Shown here: piece after piece, positions 13,917-25,994 of the stretch
Position numbering within the stretch: position 1 is the first letter of the stretch
Layout: every line of letters begins with the position of its first letter
Assembly (NCBI GenBank): GCA_051047955.1
Contig: JBPGPT010000009.1
Coordinates: 372,001-436,000 of the forward strand
DNA length: 64,000 bases
Direction: 5' to 3'
Origin: Cystobasidiomycetes sp. EMM_F5
Taxonomy: Eukaryota
Notes under the pieces: model-generated
What the model saw: only the letters and a program-made list of their open reading frames with translations
Database searches by the model: none
Told to the model about the DNA's origin: nothing
Translations under genes and position numbers: made by a program

Positions 13917-14138
13917 ATCGAATGTGTCCTTGACTAGCGACCGTATCCTTCCCAGCCGTTACAGCTCATTGTTCGTCTATGTTGTGCAACAAGCTCAGGC
14001 GCTACATCCGCACGAGTGTTGCTCTACTGTCAGATTCCACGTCAGCGGGCATGCCGGTCGTGATGTAGGGGTCCCATCGTAATATGACTCGCGCGTGTAG
14101 TTGTCTTTGTTCCATCAATTCATGTAGAATGTTTAGCT

Positions 14139-17100
14139 ATGCCCCGTCAAAACCAGGCAGCTGCAACTGCGGATCTGTTGCAGCTCAGTCTGTCAGACTG
14201 TATTGCCGTTGGGACGCTGCGATTAGACGGGCTGAGACTCGGCCCGAGTTCGAAAATATTGCTAGATGAAGCGCTAGCTAGAGACGCAGACACCGATGAA
14301 GAACAATACTGCGACCGCCCGTCATCACCGTCAACGTCCTTCTATTGTTCTCCGACCGGAAACTGGAAACCCTTCGAGTCAGGCTTGTTTTTGGATAATA
14401 CAGTCGCAAAGAATGTGCAAGTCACGCCCAAGCGGAAACGTAGCGAAAGCACGCCAGCTAAGGGAAAAGGAAAAGCAGCAAGTGATCCCGAGATCCCGAC
14501 CGTCGCGGAACTATTGCACCTTCAAGCCAAAGCTTATGTGATGCTTGAATACTCTATCATTCATACAGAACCGCTGTCTGGCCACGGATGTGATAATGAG
14601 GGACCTGTACGTGATCGAGCGTATAGCATTCTTCTCCGTGTCTATGCGGTCGCAATGGATACTCCTGGCTTGAACGAGAAGATCGCTCGAGCTAACATGG
14701 GAAAGATCCGCTCGACTACTGCACGAAGTTCAGCATCGCGTATATTCAGTAGATTGATGTTCTATACCCGGTTCAGCATCAGCGAATGGATGTCGGGCCA
14801 CGCGGACGAATGTCCCAAGTGGCTGCTGTACAGGACAGAACAGCCAGCTTCACTGCTGGAGGTATACAACGGACTAGACGATCCGGATCCGGCCACAATA
14901 TTGAGCGCATCCAGCGAGGTCAACGCAATGCTGCGAGACATATTGACAGAAGACGCTCCGGAAGGAATGTCAAGTCGACTATACGATTTTCAAAAGGCTT
15001 GCTTATGGAAGCTCGCTTCAAGAGAGCTCGTACCGCAGAGAATGTCAGACTTGACATATTGTCGTCGGACGTCTGTAGCCGACTGGGACAGGACATACTT
15101 TACCGACTCTAACCATCTCGTGTGGAATACCGCCCCGACCTACCTCGAGCCAAAGAGTGCAATCGTTGCCGAAGGTATGGGCACTGGAAAAACATGTATT
15201 TGCCTGGCGTTGATTCTCGTTACGAGGCATAAGCTTGCCCAAGTCGCGTATGGAAAAACCTCGAGCGAGCTTTCGACTGTCCGCACAGCGCGATACGAAA
15301 CATTTCCGTGGAATGTCCACGGATCTGTGCCACCACAACGTCCGCCTACCTTGCGCGAGCTCGCCCTCGACGCTCTCATGTGTAACAATCACCACGCGGC
15401 TTTGTCTAAAGAACCCAAACTGGCCGTTTTTGGATTACCCTTACATGGTGATCTCCCTTACCTCTGGGAAGAGCCTCTCAACAAGGGCAGAGAAGACACG
15501 AGATCAAGCACTAACCATCGTCGCAAAATCTACATTAGCGCAGCAACACTGGTGATTGTTCCAGACATACTTGTTGCACAATGGCTAGACGAGCTAGCGA
15601 AACATGTAAAGCTCGGTGCTCTTACGTACGTCAAGGTTGATAAAAATTCGCCTATTCCCTGCGCAAGCGAGTTGGCATCGCTCGACCTAGTGCTAGTCAG
15701 CGAGACCAGAGTTCGACATGAAGAGTCAGACTTGTGGCCTATGGCGGGAGGAAACAGCTGTCAATGTCGCAAAAAGGCCAAGACGTCGACATCAGCCTGT
15801 ACATGCAGGCGCCGCCGCAATACGTCTGAATCGCCTTTGCTGGGCGTTTATTGGAAGCGGCTGATTATTGACGAAGGTCACAAGATAGGTGGTCAAGGTG
15901 GTCTTGTCCGTCTGTGCATGCGGATCTATACAGAGTCTCGATATGTAGTATCCGGCACGCCCAGCAAAAATCTCGTCGGTATACAAGATGTCAAGGGGAG
16001 TAGCACAGCATCCGTAGCCAATCTCACAAGCGGTACCTCAGTAGACACAGAGCGTATCGACTTTGAACGCCTTGCAAACATTGCTAGCTTTATGGGCATG
16101 GAGCCATTCTGTTCCAGCAGTAATGGGGATACAAATGCATTCATGCGAGCCTTCTTCGAGCCTTATCGCACGAGAGGCGAGACAGCCCATATACAAGGCT
16201 TCTTGGAGCGTGTTACTGTACGTCATCGTATACCCGATATTGCTTTACCGCCTATGACTCGCGAGACGGTTGTCTTGGACTTCAATCATTTGGAGCGTAC
16301 TACTTATAACGTGCTGCTTGCATTCTTTGCTGCTAACTCAGTGACATCTGAGCGGCAAGATCAGGACTATTTCTTTCATCGTACGTCGTGGCCCTGTCGG
16401 GTCGCTGGGTATACCTCAAGCTGATGTATTTCATTAATATAGCTAAGCAGAAGAGTGCTCTGAATGAGCTACTTAGCAATTTGGCAGCAGCTCACTTGCT
16501 GTTCTCCTCCGGCGAACTCCTTGCAGGTATTGCCAGCACTATACCCACTGTGAGGCAGGCTATAAAAAAGAACAGTGAGCTGGACCCTTCTGCGCGCTGG
16601 TCGCCTTCAGATCTGCGCCTCATCAACGAAGCTCTCGCACATTTTCAAAATGCCATGGATGTCCATCTATGGCGACATTCAATGACCGGTGGCTTAACAT
16701 TCGGGGTGTCAGGCCTCGGAGACTCCGTCATCTGCGCGTGGGATGGACTAAAGTTGGAAACTGGCTTGTTTATCGCGGGAGAGAAGCTGCAAGATCTACG
16801 CTCAAGCATCGGTAAACTGGCAGAAAAGGACGATACCTTGACATTGGATGACGACGATTTCGAAGAAGAGTTGATTACTGCTATTCAACGGGAGAAGCAT
16901 GAGATACGGGAACAATTAGGCGCGTCGTCGATTTCAGTCAAGCGTACAGCCAATAAATTGGGTGAAGACCAGCCCTCCGCTCGCGCTGCAGCGACAGGGG
17001 CATTTAAGAAGGGCTTAGGACAAGCTGCAAAGAACTATGATTTCAAAAACTTGCCAGTCACTTCCCGCTTGCAATATACCAGCATCCAGTCCGTCGCATC

Positions 17101-18165
17101 TACGAAGATTGCATATATCGTACAGCAGGTCTTGAAACACTCAGATGACAAGTTCCTTGTTTTCTGCGGTGGCTCATCCAGCAGTATGCAAGTCACGAAC
17201 AACAACTTGTACTACATATCCGAGGCTTTGGGATTTGCGGCTATACAGCATCTAATCTTCACCCGACTGTTATCGCAAGACAAGCTGGCCGCATACGCGG
17301 AAGCCTTCAATCGCTCGCCGACTTTCCGGGTCCTCTTGCTCGACTTGAAGGTGAGTCGAGGCGAGACCATTGCTCAAGAATACTAATAGTTGCATGCAGT
17401 TTGCAAGTCGCGGATTGACGCTAACTTCCGCCACGCGTGTGATCTTTACTGAGTGAGACATGCGCTCTGCCTTCGACAATCGGCACAGAAGCTGACTTTG
17501 GCATGTAGGCCCATCTGGCATAAAGATGAAGAAGCTCAAGCGGTTAAACGTGCACATCGGTTGGGGCAAGATCGCCCAGTTCACGTGCAAACGCTTGTCA
17601 TGAGGGGATCGTTTGAGGATTCCGTCATGCAGAGGGGGCTTCACCTCAGTCGACAAGGTGTGAAGAGCGTGCTTCTCGTTTAATGTAACACCGTCTGACA
17701 GATCCGATGGCAGAAATGATGGGCGCCAAAACACCTTTCGAAGATATTGAGCTCGCCAAAGCTCTTCGGGCCATGCAATTCTTGCAGAGCCCGCCGAACA
17801 CTGATAAATTGGAATCAAAGCGGCTCACGCCACTACAAACACCACTCAAGCTCCTAGCAGAGTATCAAAGTGACGATGATCTCGAAAGACGTATTAATGC
17901 AGAAATGGCACATGCCATCGTCGCTTCAACTAAACGAGACAAATCAAGTGTTGAGCAACTGCGACATTCCGCATTAGACGAGACTCTGTCCACGCCCCCC
18001 CTATCGCCTTCGCCGTCGACAGATGGTACGGACGACTGTATTACAGTCGCCAGCAAGCGCCGAAAGCCAATTTCAGAAGATGGCGACTTGGTGCCACCGA
18101 CATTCAAATTGCGTTTCGTTTTCACTCCGTCCAAAGAATCAGAGTCCTTGATCGAAAATGCATAA
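14139..18165 (+). CDS. SNF2-family (Rad5/Rad16-like) ATP-dependent helicase
   Basis: Walker A AEGMGTGKT, motif Ia TLVIVP, motif II IIDEGH, motif III SGTP, C-terminal ASRGLTLTSATRVIFTEPIW and QAVKRAHRLGQ. Confidence 0.88.
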
Positions 18166-18391
18166 TCCAGGGCTGTCAACGAAAATTTCCGGACCCTTTG
18201 CCTTAGGCATATACCTGAGGAGATCATCGCCATCGATTTTGTAGCATTGGGTACACAAGGGTTCCCCGTTATGTCGGAAAGACCATATTCGCGTCATGTA
18301 GAAACCTCTGTCAGATGACTCAACAGGCCAGCAGCCAATCTAATTTTACGACATGTTAATGTAATACATGTTAATGCTACACATGCTGTTT

Positions 18392-20300
18392 TCAGTCTAC
18401 CGAAAGGAAAAGCCTGATACTACTGAAGTAGCAGTCGAACTTATAGCATCTGGCCTTGATGACGTACTTTCACTAGTGTCTGTGTCGGATTTACTGCTTG
18501 TATAGCCTGCCTTCGTAATCAGACCTGTTGACGGATTTAGCTTTGAAGGGGATTGTGGGCGTGCCAGCTCGGAGAAGGGCGAGACATTGCGCCCTGTGGC
18601 GTTGGGAGAAGTAAGCGGAGACGTTGGTAGGGAAGGTAGTGGCGGAATGGCTTCGGAAGTCGGACTGCCACTCTGGGCTTCCCGGACTGCCAGAGCGAAA
18701 ACACAAGGTCAGTCGGCGTATACGGGCAACATTGACAGGCTCTCAGCGCAGACTTACGCAAGTACTCGACCCAAAGGTTTGAGAAACTTTGCTCCATTCC
18801 TTCGCTTGCAAAAGCGCTAGACGTGTCATCGAAGCCCTTGCCTCTTGGAGTTGGCCTAGACAATGCTCGCCGCCGAGAGCTCGCCATCGTAATATTGGGC
18901 CGTCCATTTCCGACAACAGAACTACCTTTAGACCCAGTACGCTGCAGGCCAGCTTGTTCTCGCTCATCATCGTCCCAAGAAAGTATAGAAGCAAGCAGTG
19001 ATAGCATCTCAAAGCGTTTCGAGTCTGCTCGAGGAGTAGTGATGAAGGATATGAGAACGTTGGTGACGAGACGCCGATCAACGGTGTTTTCGCCGGACTC
19101 TTTCTTCAGACGGCGCAGCGCCTCTATTAAATGCTCGTTCAGAATGACAGCTGGTGCAAGGGATTTTAGCCGATGTTGAGATTGCAAGCAGCAGATTGAT
19201 CACACCTTCGTGCCGTAATTTGCCTATCAAAAGATTCTTATCCTTCACTTCCTTGGCTAGCAAGCTGGATTTTTCGTTGTCAGATTGCGAAGTCAACAGC
19301 TTGGCTTCGGCGTCTTGCGCGCGCTTTTGAAATTCGCGTAAACTCTTGCTGGACGCTTGCAATGACTGCTGCAATTCTCCTAGGGTCGCCCGTATCTCCT
19401 TGTCTTTGGCAGCTTGGAATTCCTCGAGCACGAGATGCAGATTACTCGCTGATTCCGCCTGTCTATCTCGCTCGGTTCTGTATTGCTCGCATGTCAAGCG
19501 TGTTTGCGAGAGTTCTCGTTCCAGTGTATTCAGTTGCATTTCGAGCGTCTCCCGTTGCACCCGTTCCTTCATCGCTTCATTCTCCCAATCCTCCCTTTCA
19601 GACCGACACCGCTCGAGATCCTCCGTCACATCCCTTAATTGCACTTCCCTTGAGGACGCTTCCTCTAGTAACGTCTTTGCAGAGTCATCAGCACGCGTTC
19701 GCAGCTGTTCAACTTGTGTATGCAACTTGTCGGACTCTTCGTTGCTAGCAATCAACTCGTTTTTCAACGTTTCGATGGCTTCGCGCAGATCGTCGTTTGT
19801 CGCTTGTAGAGTGAATATTTGCTGCTCTCGCCTATCCAGTTCGTCCTGTTGTGAGTTGTCAGACCATCATCCGGCGTCCATGACATCGTCCAGCAAGGGG
19901 GACTTACAGCATCCTGACGCAACTTTTCGCCAAGCGTACTCCTCATGGTCGTGAGTTTACCGAGCAAGCTTCTATATTGCGTTTCCAGATGGTCTTTTTC
20001 GCCAGTGACCCTTTCCAGCTCTGCCTCCAGAGATACTACTCTGGATGTAGCATCGCTCGCACTGCTGAGTACGCTTGCTCTCCGAATGCCCGCATCTCTG
20101 GAGCCCGTATCCAGGTCAGTACTGTTACGTTCATCGAAACCTGCCGCTTCTTCTTGTATTGTATCGCTGTTCACTGCGCCTGCAGCTGCGACCGGCGAGC
20201 GCGCTGAGGTATGGGCAGGTTCGTCCAGAGAATGGCGCGACATGGGTAACGGCGTAGCTTCAGCATCTCGCTGGGCAGTACCAGTCTGCTCATCGCTCAT
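18392..20300 (-). CDS. RUD3: Golgin Rud3/GMAP-210-like protein (coiled coil + GRAB domain); 3' end approximate
   Basis: YRSLLGKLTTMRSTLGEKLRQDA, long coiled coil, VKDKNLLIGKLRHE, VDRRLVTNVLISFITTPRADSKRFEMLSLLASILSW. Confidence 0.85.
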
Positions 20301-20398
20301 CGTCCGCCAGCAGGGTCAGGATCGGTAAAGGGTCAAGGGTCAAGGGACGGCATTCAGTAATTTACGAAAACAGCTTGGCTTCTGACAATACAGTAATC

Positions 20399-21322
20399 AT
20401 GCCTTCACGAGATGAGCTCAAAGATGACGCTGTCTCTAATGAGGAAGCAAGGGCAACATCCTCACGCAAGCGCAGCGACTCTTACGATGATCTGCTGGAA
20501 TCGGCCCTGAACGCAATAGACGACTATGAAAACGCCAACGCTGTACTAAATGCCAAACTAAAAGACGCAAGTCATGTTTGTCCATAGTTTACTGCATTCC
20601 TTCTGACTTAAACGTCTGAACACGTAGGCATTCTTTCATTTAGCACGCGCAAAGCTCGCTTTGGGACCTTCGCGAATCAGCCCCGCTTCTTTTAGGAATC
20701 AACGCGTAGAGCCGGTCCTAGTGGTGTAAGTTTGTCCATGTCAATCGACAACTGTTGCACATTCTGATATAACCCAAGCAAAGCAAACGCTGACAACAAC
20801 GAAGATGGGAGACTTGCTGAATTCAGCCTAGCTCGACGGCAGATTCACCGTTCAGTGCAAGAACAGCCCCTTACGAGCACTGAGAAGGATAGCACAGTCC
20901 CCGATGGGCATTCTGCGCCTGTAGACACCTTGGTGAGCGGAAGTGAGCAGCATGCATCCGGTCTCACCAAGCGTACGGCATTCGAACATGGTGAAGATGG
21001 GCCGACTGCCGCTCAGATCAAGGACGAACGGATCTCGACTATCAAGAAATCCGGCGATGCCAACAAAGTCAGGGATCCATTGAGCGTTTCTTCAGAAGGT
21101 GACAGTACTACACGCACGCAAGATTGTGTGCCCGAGTTCGTGGCCGACCCAATGACACAATTCTCAGCTTTCCCTCCGCCATCGCTTCGACAAGCACAAA
21201 CGGCCTTTGAAGCATCACTAGATGCTTGCTTCCGAGTGTTGACAGCACAGCGGTTGTACGACTCCGCTTGGAAGAAGGTGGCAATAACACAGGCAAGCGA
21301 CATGACACGGAACGAGCGCTGA
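20399..21322 (+). CDS. VMA22: V-ATPase assembly factor Vma22/CCDC115
   Basis: DDLLESALNAIDDYE...LKD|AFFHLARAK and DPMTQFSAFPPPSLRQAQTAF; first intron is GC-AG. Confidence 0.8.
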
Positions 21323-21379
21323 ATTAAGGCAGCACAATTCTTGGAGTCTCAAAGACTGTGCCCAAGTCTCCGCACCGAC

Positions 21380-22634
21380 TTACAACTCGCCAAGCCTTTC
21401 TGCAACGCGTAAACAATCCGCTACTACGCCCATGGCGGTCACATCAGCGCCTGCGCCTGAGCCCTGAACAATGAGGGGACGCTTGCTATACCGCCCCGTT
21501 GTAAAGCTTATGATGTTATCAGAGCCACCGAGCGATGAAGCGAAGGGGTGGGAGAAGGAGTATCGCTCTAATCCGCACTTGACGTGGCCATTCTTCACAT
21601 CGATAACGCCTACATACCGAAGGACTTGGTCGTCATCTTCTGCTTCTTTGCGCATCTTTTCGTAGTGCTCGTCGAACTCTGGCAGTCGTTGAACGAATTC
21701 ATCACCAGTCGCGATGTTGGCGAGTTGTTGAGGAATCAACGTTTCCGTTGGAACAGATTCGTAACCCTTTTCGAGTGTAGCGAGCGAAGGTATCAGTCGA
21801 GATAGAATGCACAATTTCCTAGCAACGTCTGATCCAGATAGATCGTCTGCAGGATGTGGTTCCTAGCGTAATGCATGAGCCGACTGTATCAAATTTGGTC
21901 ATCTGGCATGGTCTAGTCTTACTGTATAGCCTTGCTCCTTCGCGACTTTGACAACACTCGAGAAGCTTGGCGCCATGACTCCCTTGACTGGCTTGGAAAA
22001 TTCGTTGAAGATGTAACTCAGAGTGCCGCTGAGAACACCTTCCACTTTGACAATTTCGTCGCCCGTTGCAACGAGGTCGTTCAGCGTGCCGATGATGGGT
22101 AGTCCCGCACCAACAGTAGATTCTTGATACACTAAGGCTTTGTCTGACTTGGCGCTTTGTATATCAGCAAACAGGTCTGATGCTGCCGAAAAGGCCTTCT
22201 TGTTTGGCGTGACTATAGAAATACCACTTCGCAATAAGGTGGGGTATAGCGCCGCGACGTCATTTGAGGAAGTGCAGTCGATAAAGAGACGCGGTTTTCC
22301 AGAGCTCTCGTTTGACAGACTCTTGACGAAGTCTACCAGCTTCTGCTCAGTAATTTGAAAGCCCTGCGGCGCTGGCTTTGTCGCTTGGCCAGAGGAGGCT
22401 GGCAGATGAGAAAGGACTTCTGCAATATTGCTACGGTCTGTCGAAGCATCTACGTGTAGCTGGTATTTGCTGTTTGATATAATATCGATACGCAGCCGTT
22501 TCGCAATTTGTTTGGCTGATAATTGAAGGGCTACCTGTGTGCCGACAAGGCCGGCGCCGACTGCACGGGAACGTTAGAGAGTGTAATTGAAGGGAGTAGC
22601 CTGACTAACCCAAGTATACTGGAATGGGAGTCAT
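21380..22634 (-). CDS. HOM6: Homoserine dehydrogenase
   Basis: MTPIPVYL|VGAGLVG, IVTPNKKAFS, ESTVGAGLPII, EGVLSGTLSYIFN, EPHPADDLSGSDVARK, QGSGAGADVTAMGV. Confidence 0.95.
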
Positions 22635-23536
22635 GGTTGGGTGGAAAAGAGAGCCGTCGTGCACCAAATTTCAGTGCACGTGATTCAAAAGAACAACGCC
22701 GGATACTCGGCGGATGGTCGTGTCTACCTCTAGACGCTCCTACATCTATTGTATGCTCGTGCGATGTCGAAGCTGGATAAGCAAGGTCGGCGTTAGCGGA
22801 AAATACAACAGAAGCAAGCCAGGTTGTATACAATCGATGCATGCGGAAAGTTATGCAGCCGAAGCAAGATGCAGACTCTCCCTGCGCAACATAGGGGGGA
22901 CGAACTTATGACCGCTCCTCCTGCGATAGTGACATGACGATCTGGAGCCAATGTACAAAAGCTGCTACGACAGCCGGCCAAAAATCGTGTCACCATCTAA
23001 AGGATTTGAACCTTTGAACGCAGAGCGCAACAGATATCGAACGAATTCAAGTCTGTCTCCTTAACCACTCGGACAAAATGGTTTTCGATCGTATTCAACC
23101 ATAATCCAGCTTCTCGTTTATGCCAAATATCAACGGCAACAACCTTGCAGCAAGAACGAGACTATTTCACTGCCCCGCTCGAGCGGCATGCGTTGCTAGC
23201 CTAAATTACGGTCATATATGTACTAGAACAATATTAAGACGACTTACACGTCGTAGGCCATCATCAGTCGTTTGCCACACTATTGCGGAGAAATCGAAGG
23301 TCGCGTTGCTGTTGCCGTTCTGTAGGTGTTGCTCGTCATCGGCATCCAGTCAATGGCAAGCGAAGTAGAACTAGTAGCATTGAGTTGTGGCCCGGTATGG
23401 CCAGTCCCCTTCATCGAACCTCCACATATTGATACGCGCATATACCCTAAGTCGCTACAGCAGGCTTGTCTGTTTATTCATTTGATTTGTATATACCGTC
23501 GGGGTCTGCTTGTGAGCCATTCATTCCTCTCTACTA

Positions 23537-25072
23537 TCAAGCATTCATATCCAGAACGATGCGGCCAGCCAGCTTGCCGTGATGCATATCATCATAAATC
23601 TTTGGCAGATCCTTCAATGGCAAAGTCTTGTAAATGGTCTTGACTTTGCCGGAAGCGGCAATAGCCAAAGCCTCGTGAGCGTCCTGGCGGTTGCCTACAT
23701 ACGAGCCGACAAGACGCTTGGACAAGAACACGGTAAAGAAGACGTCAACGTGGACCTTCGTGTCAGGCGGAAGTCCAACAGCGACACAAGTGCCGTGGGG
23801 TCTGTTAAGAACGACATGTGTAAGCGGATATTCTTTGCCGCGTTTAAGACAACGTACCGAATGTACTCCATGGCTGGTTACGAAGGAGCGAGTCAATCAG
23901 CAGAAGGACACGACTTCTAAAGTATGACTCACCCTGTTCGTAAGCAGCGGCACCTGCAGCAGCCACAACAGCGCCGTGAGGGCCTAGTCCGTCAGGAACG
24001 GCAGCCTGTACGGCCTTGACCATGTCCTTCTCCGTCTTGAAGTCAATCCACTTCTCAGCGCCCATCTTCTTGCAAAGCTGCTCCTTCTCCGACCCAGTGT
24101 CGATAGCGATTGTCCTAATACCCATGTAGCGGGCGTACTGCAGGGCTAGATGGCCAAGACCGCCTCCGGCACCTGGTATGACTAGCCATTCGCCTGGCCT
24201 TACGTTGGACTCCTTGATTGCCTTATATACCGTAACACCTGCACAAAGGATCGGGGCAGCATCCTCGAGCGACAGGCCGTCGGGAATCTTGGACAGCTGA
24301 GAGGTGTACGACACAGCATACTGCTGGAAGGAGCCATCCACAGAGTACCCAGAGCACTGGGCAGACTTGCACAGGGGCTCATAGCCTTGTCGGCAGAACT
24401 CGCACTTGTTGCATGAATGCGCAATCCACTTGATACCGGCGCTGTGGAAGAAGCCCAAAGTCAGCTTTCTGGCAGATTACAGCCTGTTGTTAGGTGTACG
24501 CACTTGTCGCCGACCTTGAGGTCGGTATTGTCGTCATTGATGGCGACGATGCTAGGTGGTATCCTTCAGTACATGGATTAGTGGGACCAATCTGGAATTA
24601 TTTACTAGCCGGCGCCTAAGGGATTGTCTGAAAGTTAGGCACCGCTATTCACTGCAAAGGTAGTTGCTGACCTTCATGACCACCAATCAGTGGGAGCTTG
24701 TTGGGTACGGGCCAATCACCAAGCATTGCCTGCAGCATAAAGTCAGTAGCTGCAGCTTTACTCGCCACAAAAGCGGAGATAGCCTGACATGCAAGTCGGT
24801 ATGGCAGACACCGGAGTCTGCGTACGCATGGCTTCAGCTTAATGCCGAAACTTATTACGAGTTTAACTGACACAGAACTCGAACAAGGGCTTGTCCCGGC
24901 TTAAGCTCGTTGGGCTGCACTACTGGCACATCCTCAACAGCTACAGGTCCTCCTTTCTGATGAAAGATGCATGCCTGCGATTCACAAAGACTATGAGGAT
25001 TAATAGACCTGAGAGTCAACGGTGACAGGCTACCTTTTGGGTTTTGGGGATATTCATGTCGCGGTTGGCCAT
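23537..25072 (-). CDS. ADH1: Zn-dependent alcohol dehydrogenase (Adh1/AlcA type)
   Basis: YSGVCHTDLH, GGHEGAG, CNKCEFCRQGYEPLC, APILCAGVTVYKA, GAGGGLGHLA, GSYVGNRQD, GRIVLD. Confidence 0.95.
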
Positions 25073-25994
25073 ATTGAGGGTAGTATATCTGAGTAGAGAA
25101 AATCCGTAGGACTTGGTACGGTGAAAGAGGAAGAAGGAGCACAGGACTAGCTTCTGAGAGATTTATGCCGAGTTCTTCAGGCTCCCGTGAGGCTTCATGT
25201 GACCTTATTTTGCTGCAGGCCTAAGTACTCCGCGAGCGCGGCCACCTAGACCGTTGCGGCCGGCAGCTGACCACGTCTCGTGCTTCTAATTTATAGAATG
25301 CAAATACATTTTATTAGAATCGGATCTGCGCAATATAAGCTAAGGGCTGGCCGCGAGAGCCAAGCTCAGGTGGGCAACTTAAGTACATATACGCGAGCGA
25401 GCGCGCTGCTTCTGCATTCGATAATGCTAAAGCCGAACAGTGTATCTGCAAGTCGTGCTTCCGTCGGTGGTATGCGGTAGCATGGGCGGGGCTCCGCAGG
25501 TCTGACAGGGGTCAAGTCCAGGCGGGACCCCACAACACCTTGAACAAAAGCCCTCAGTACTCGAATGACAAGAATGCACACGCCTTTGCGCAAATTATCA
25601 AGCAGAAATCAGGCGTACACAATGTGTATGAGCTGATCTTATCCGCAGGCTACCTCGGCACTCCGCGGGGTCATGGGGTCTCCACTACCTCCTGACCGGG
25701 CTTTGGAGTCTGGTCTAAAAATTGCGGGAAGCTACGGCATTTTCCGCGGGGTTGCGTAGAAGCATTCCACAATACTCTTGGGCTCGTCTAGCCCGTTGTT
25801 GGAAGTATGCAGGGCATTTCAGCATAAACGCTTCCAATTCGCCACTACCGGGCCTGTCCACGAGACTTAGCCGACCAAAACCCTCGCGCTTGCCGCACTC
25901 CGAAGGCACTTTTGCAGAGAGGTCGGACACTTGCTTGCCTCTGCTACAACGCAAAAGTTGCGACTACATACAACGACAAACAGTACACTCCAGC
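25073..25994. promoter_or_regulatory. Bidirectional ADH/ALDH promoter with clustered SYGGRG (CreA/Mig1-type) and TGCGG/CCGCA motifs
   Basis: SYGGRG or its complement at about 25228, 25486, 25492, 25528, 25661, 25665, 25680 and 25746; TGCGG/CCGCA at 25255, 25473, 25494, 25643, 25723 and 25893. Confidence 0.6.
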
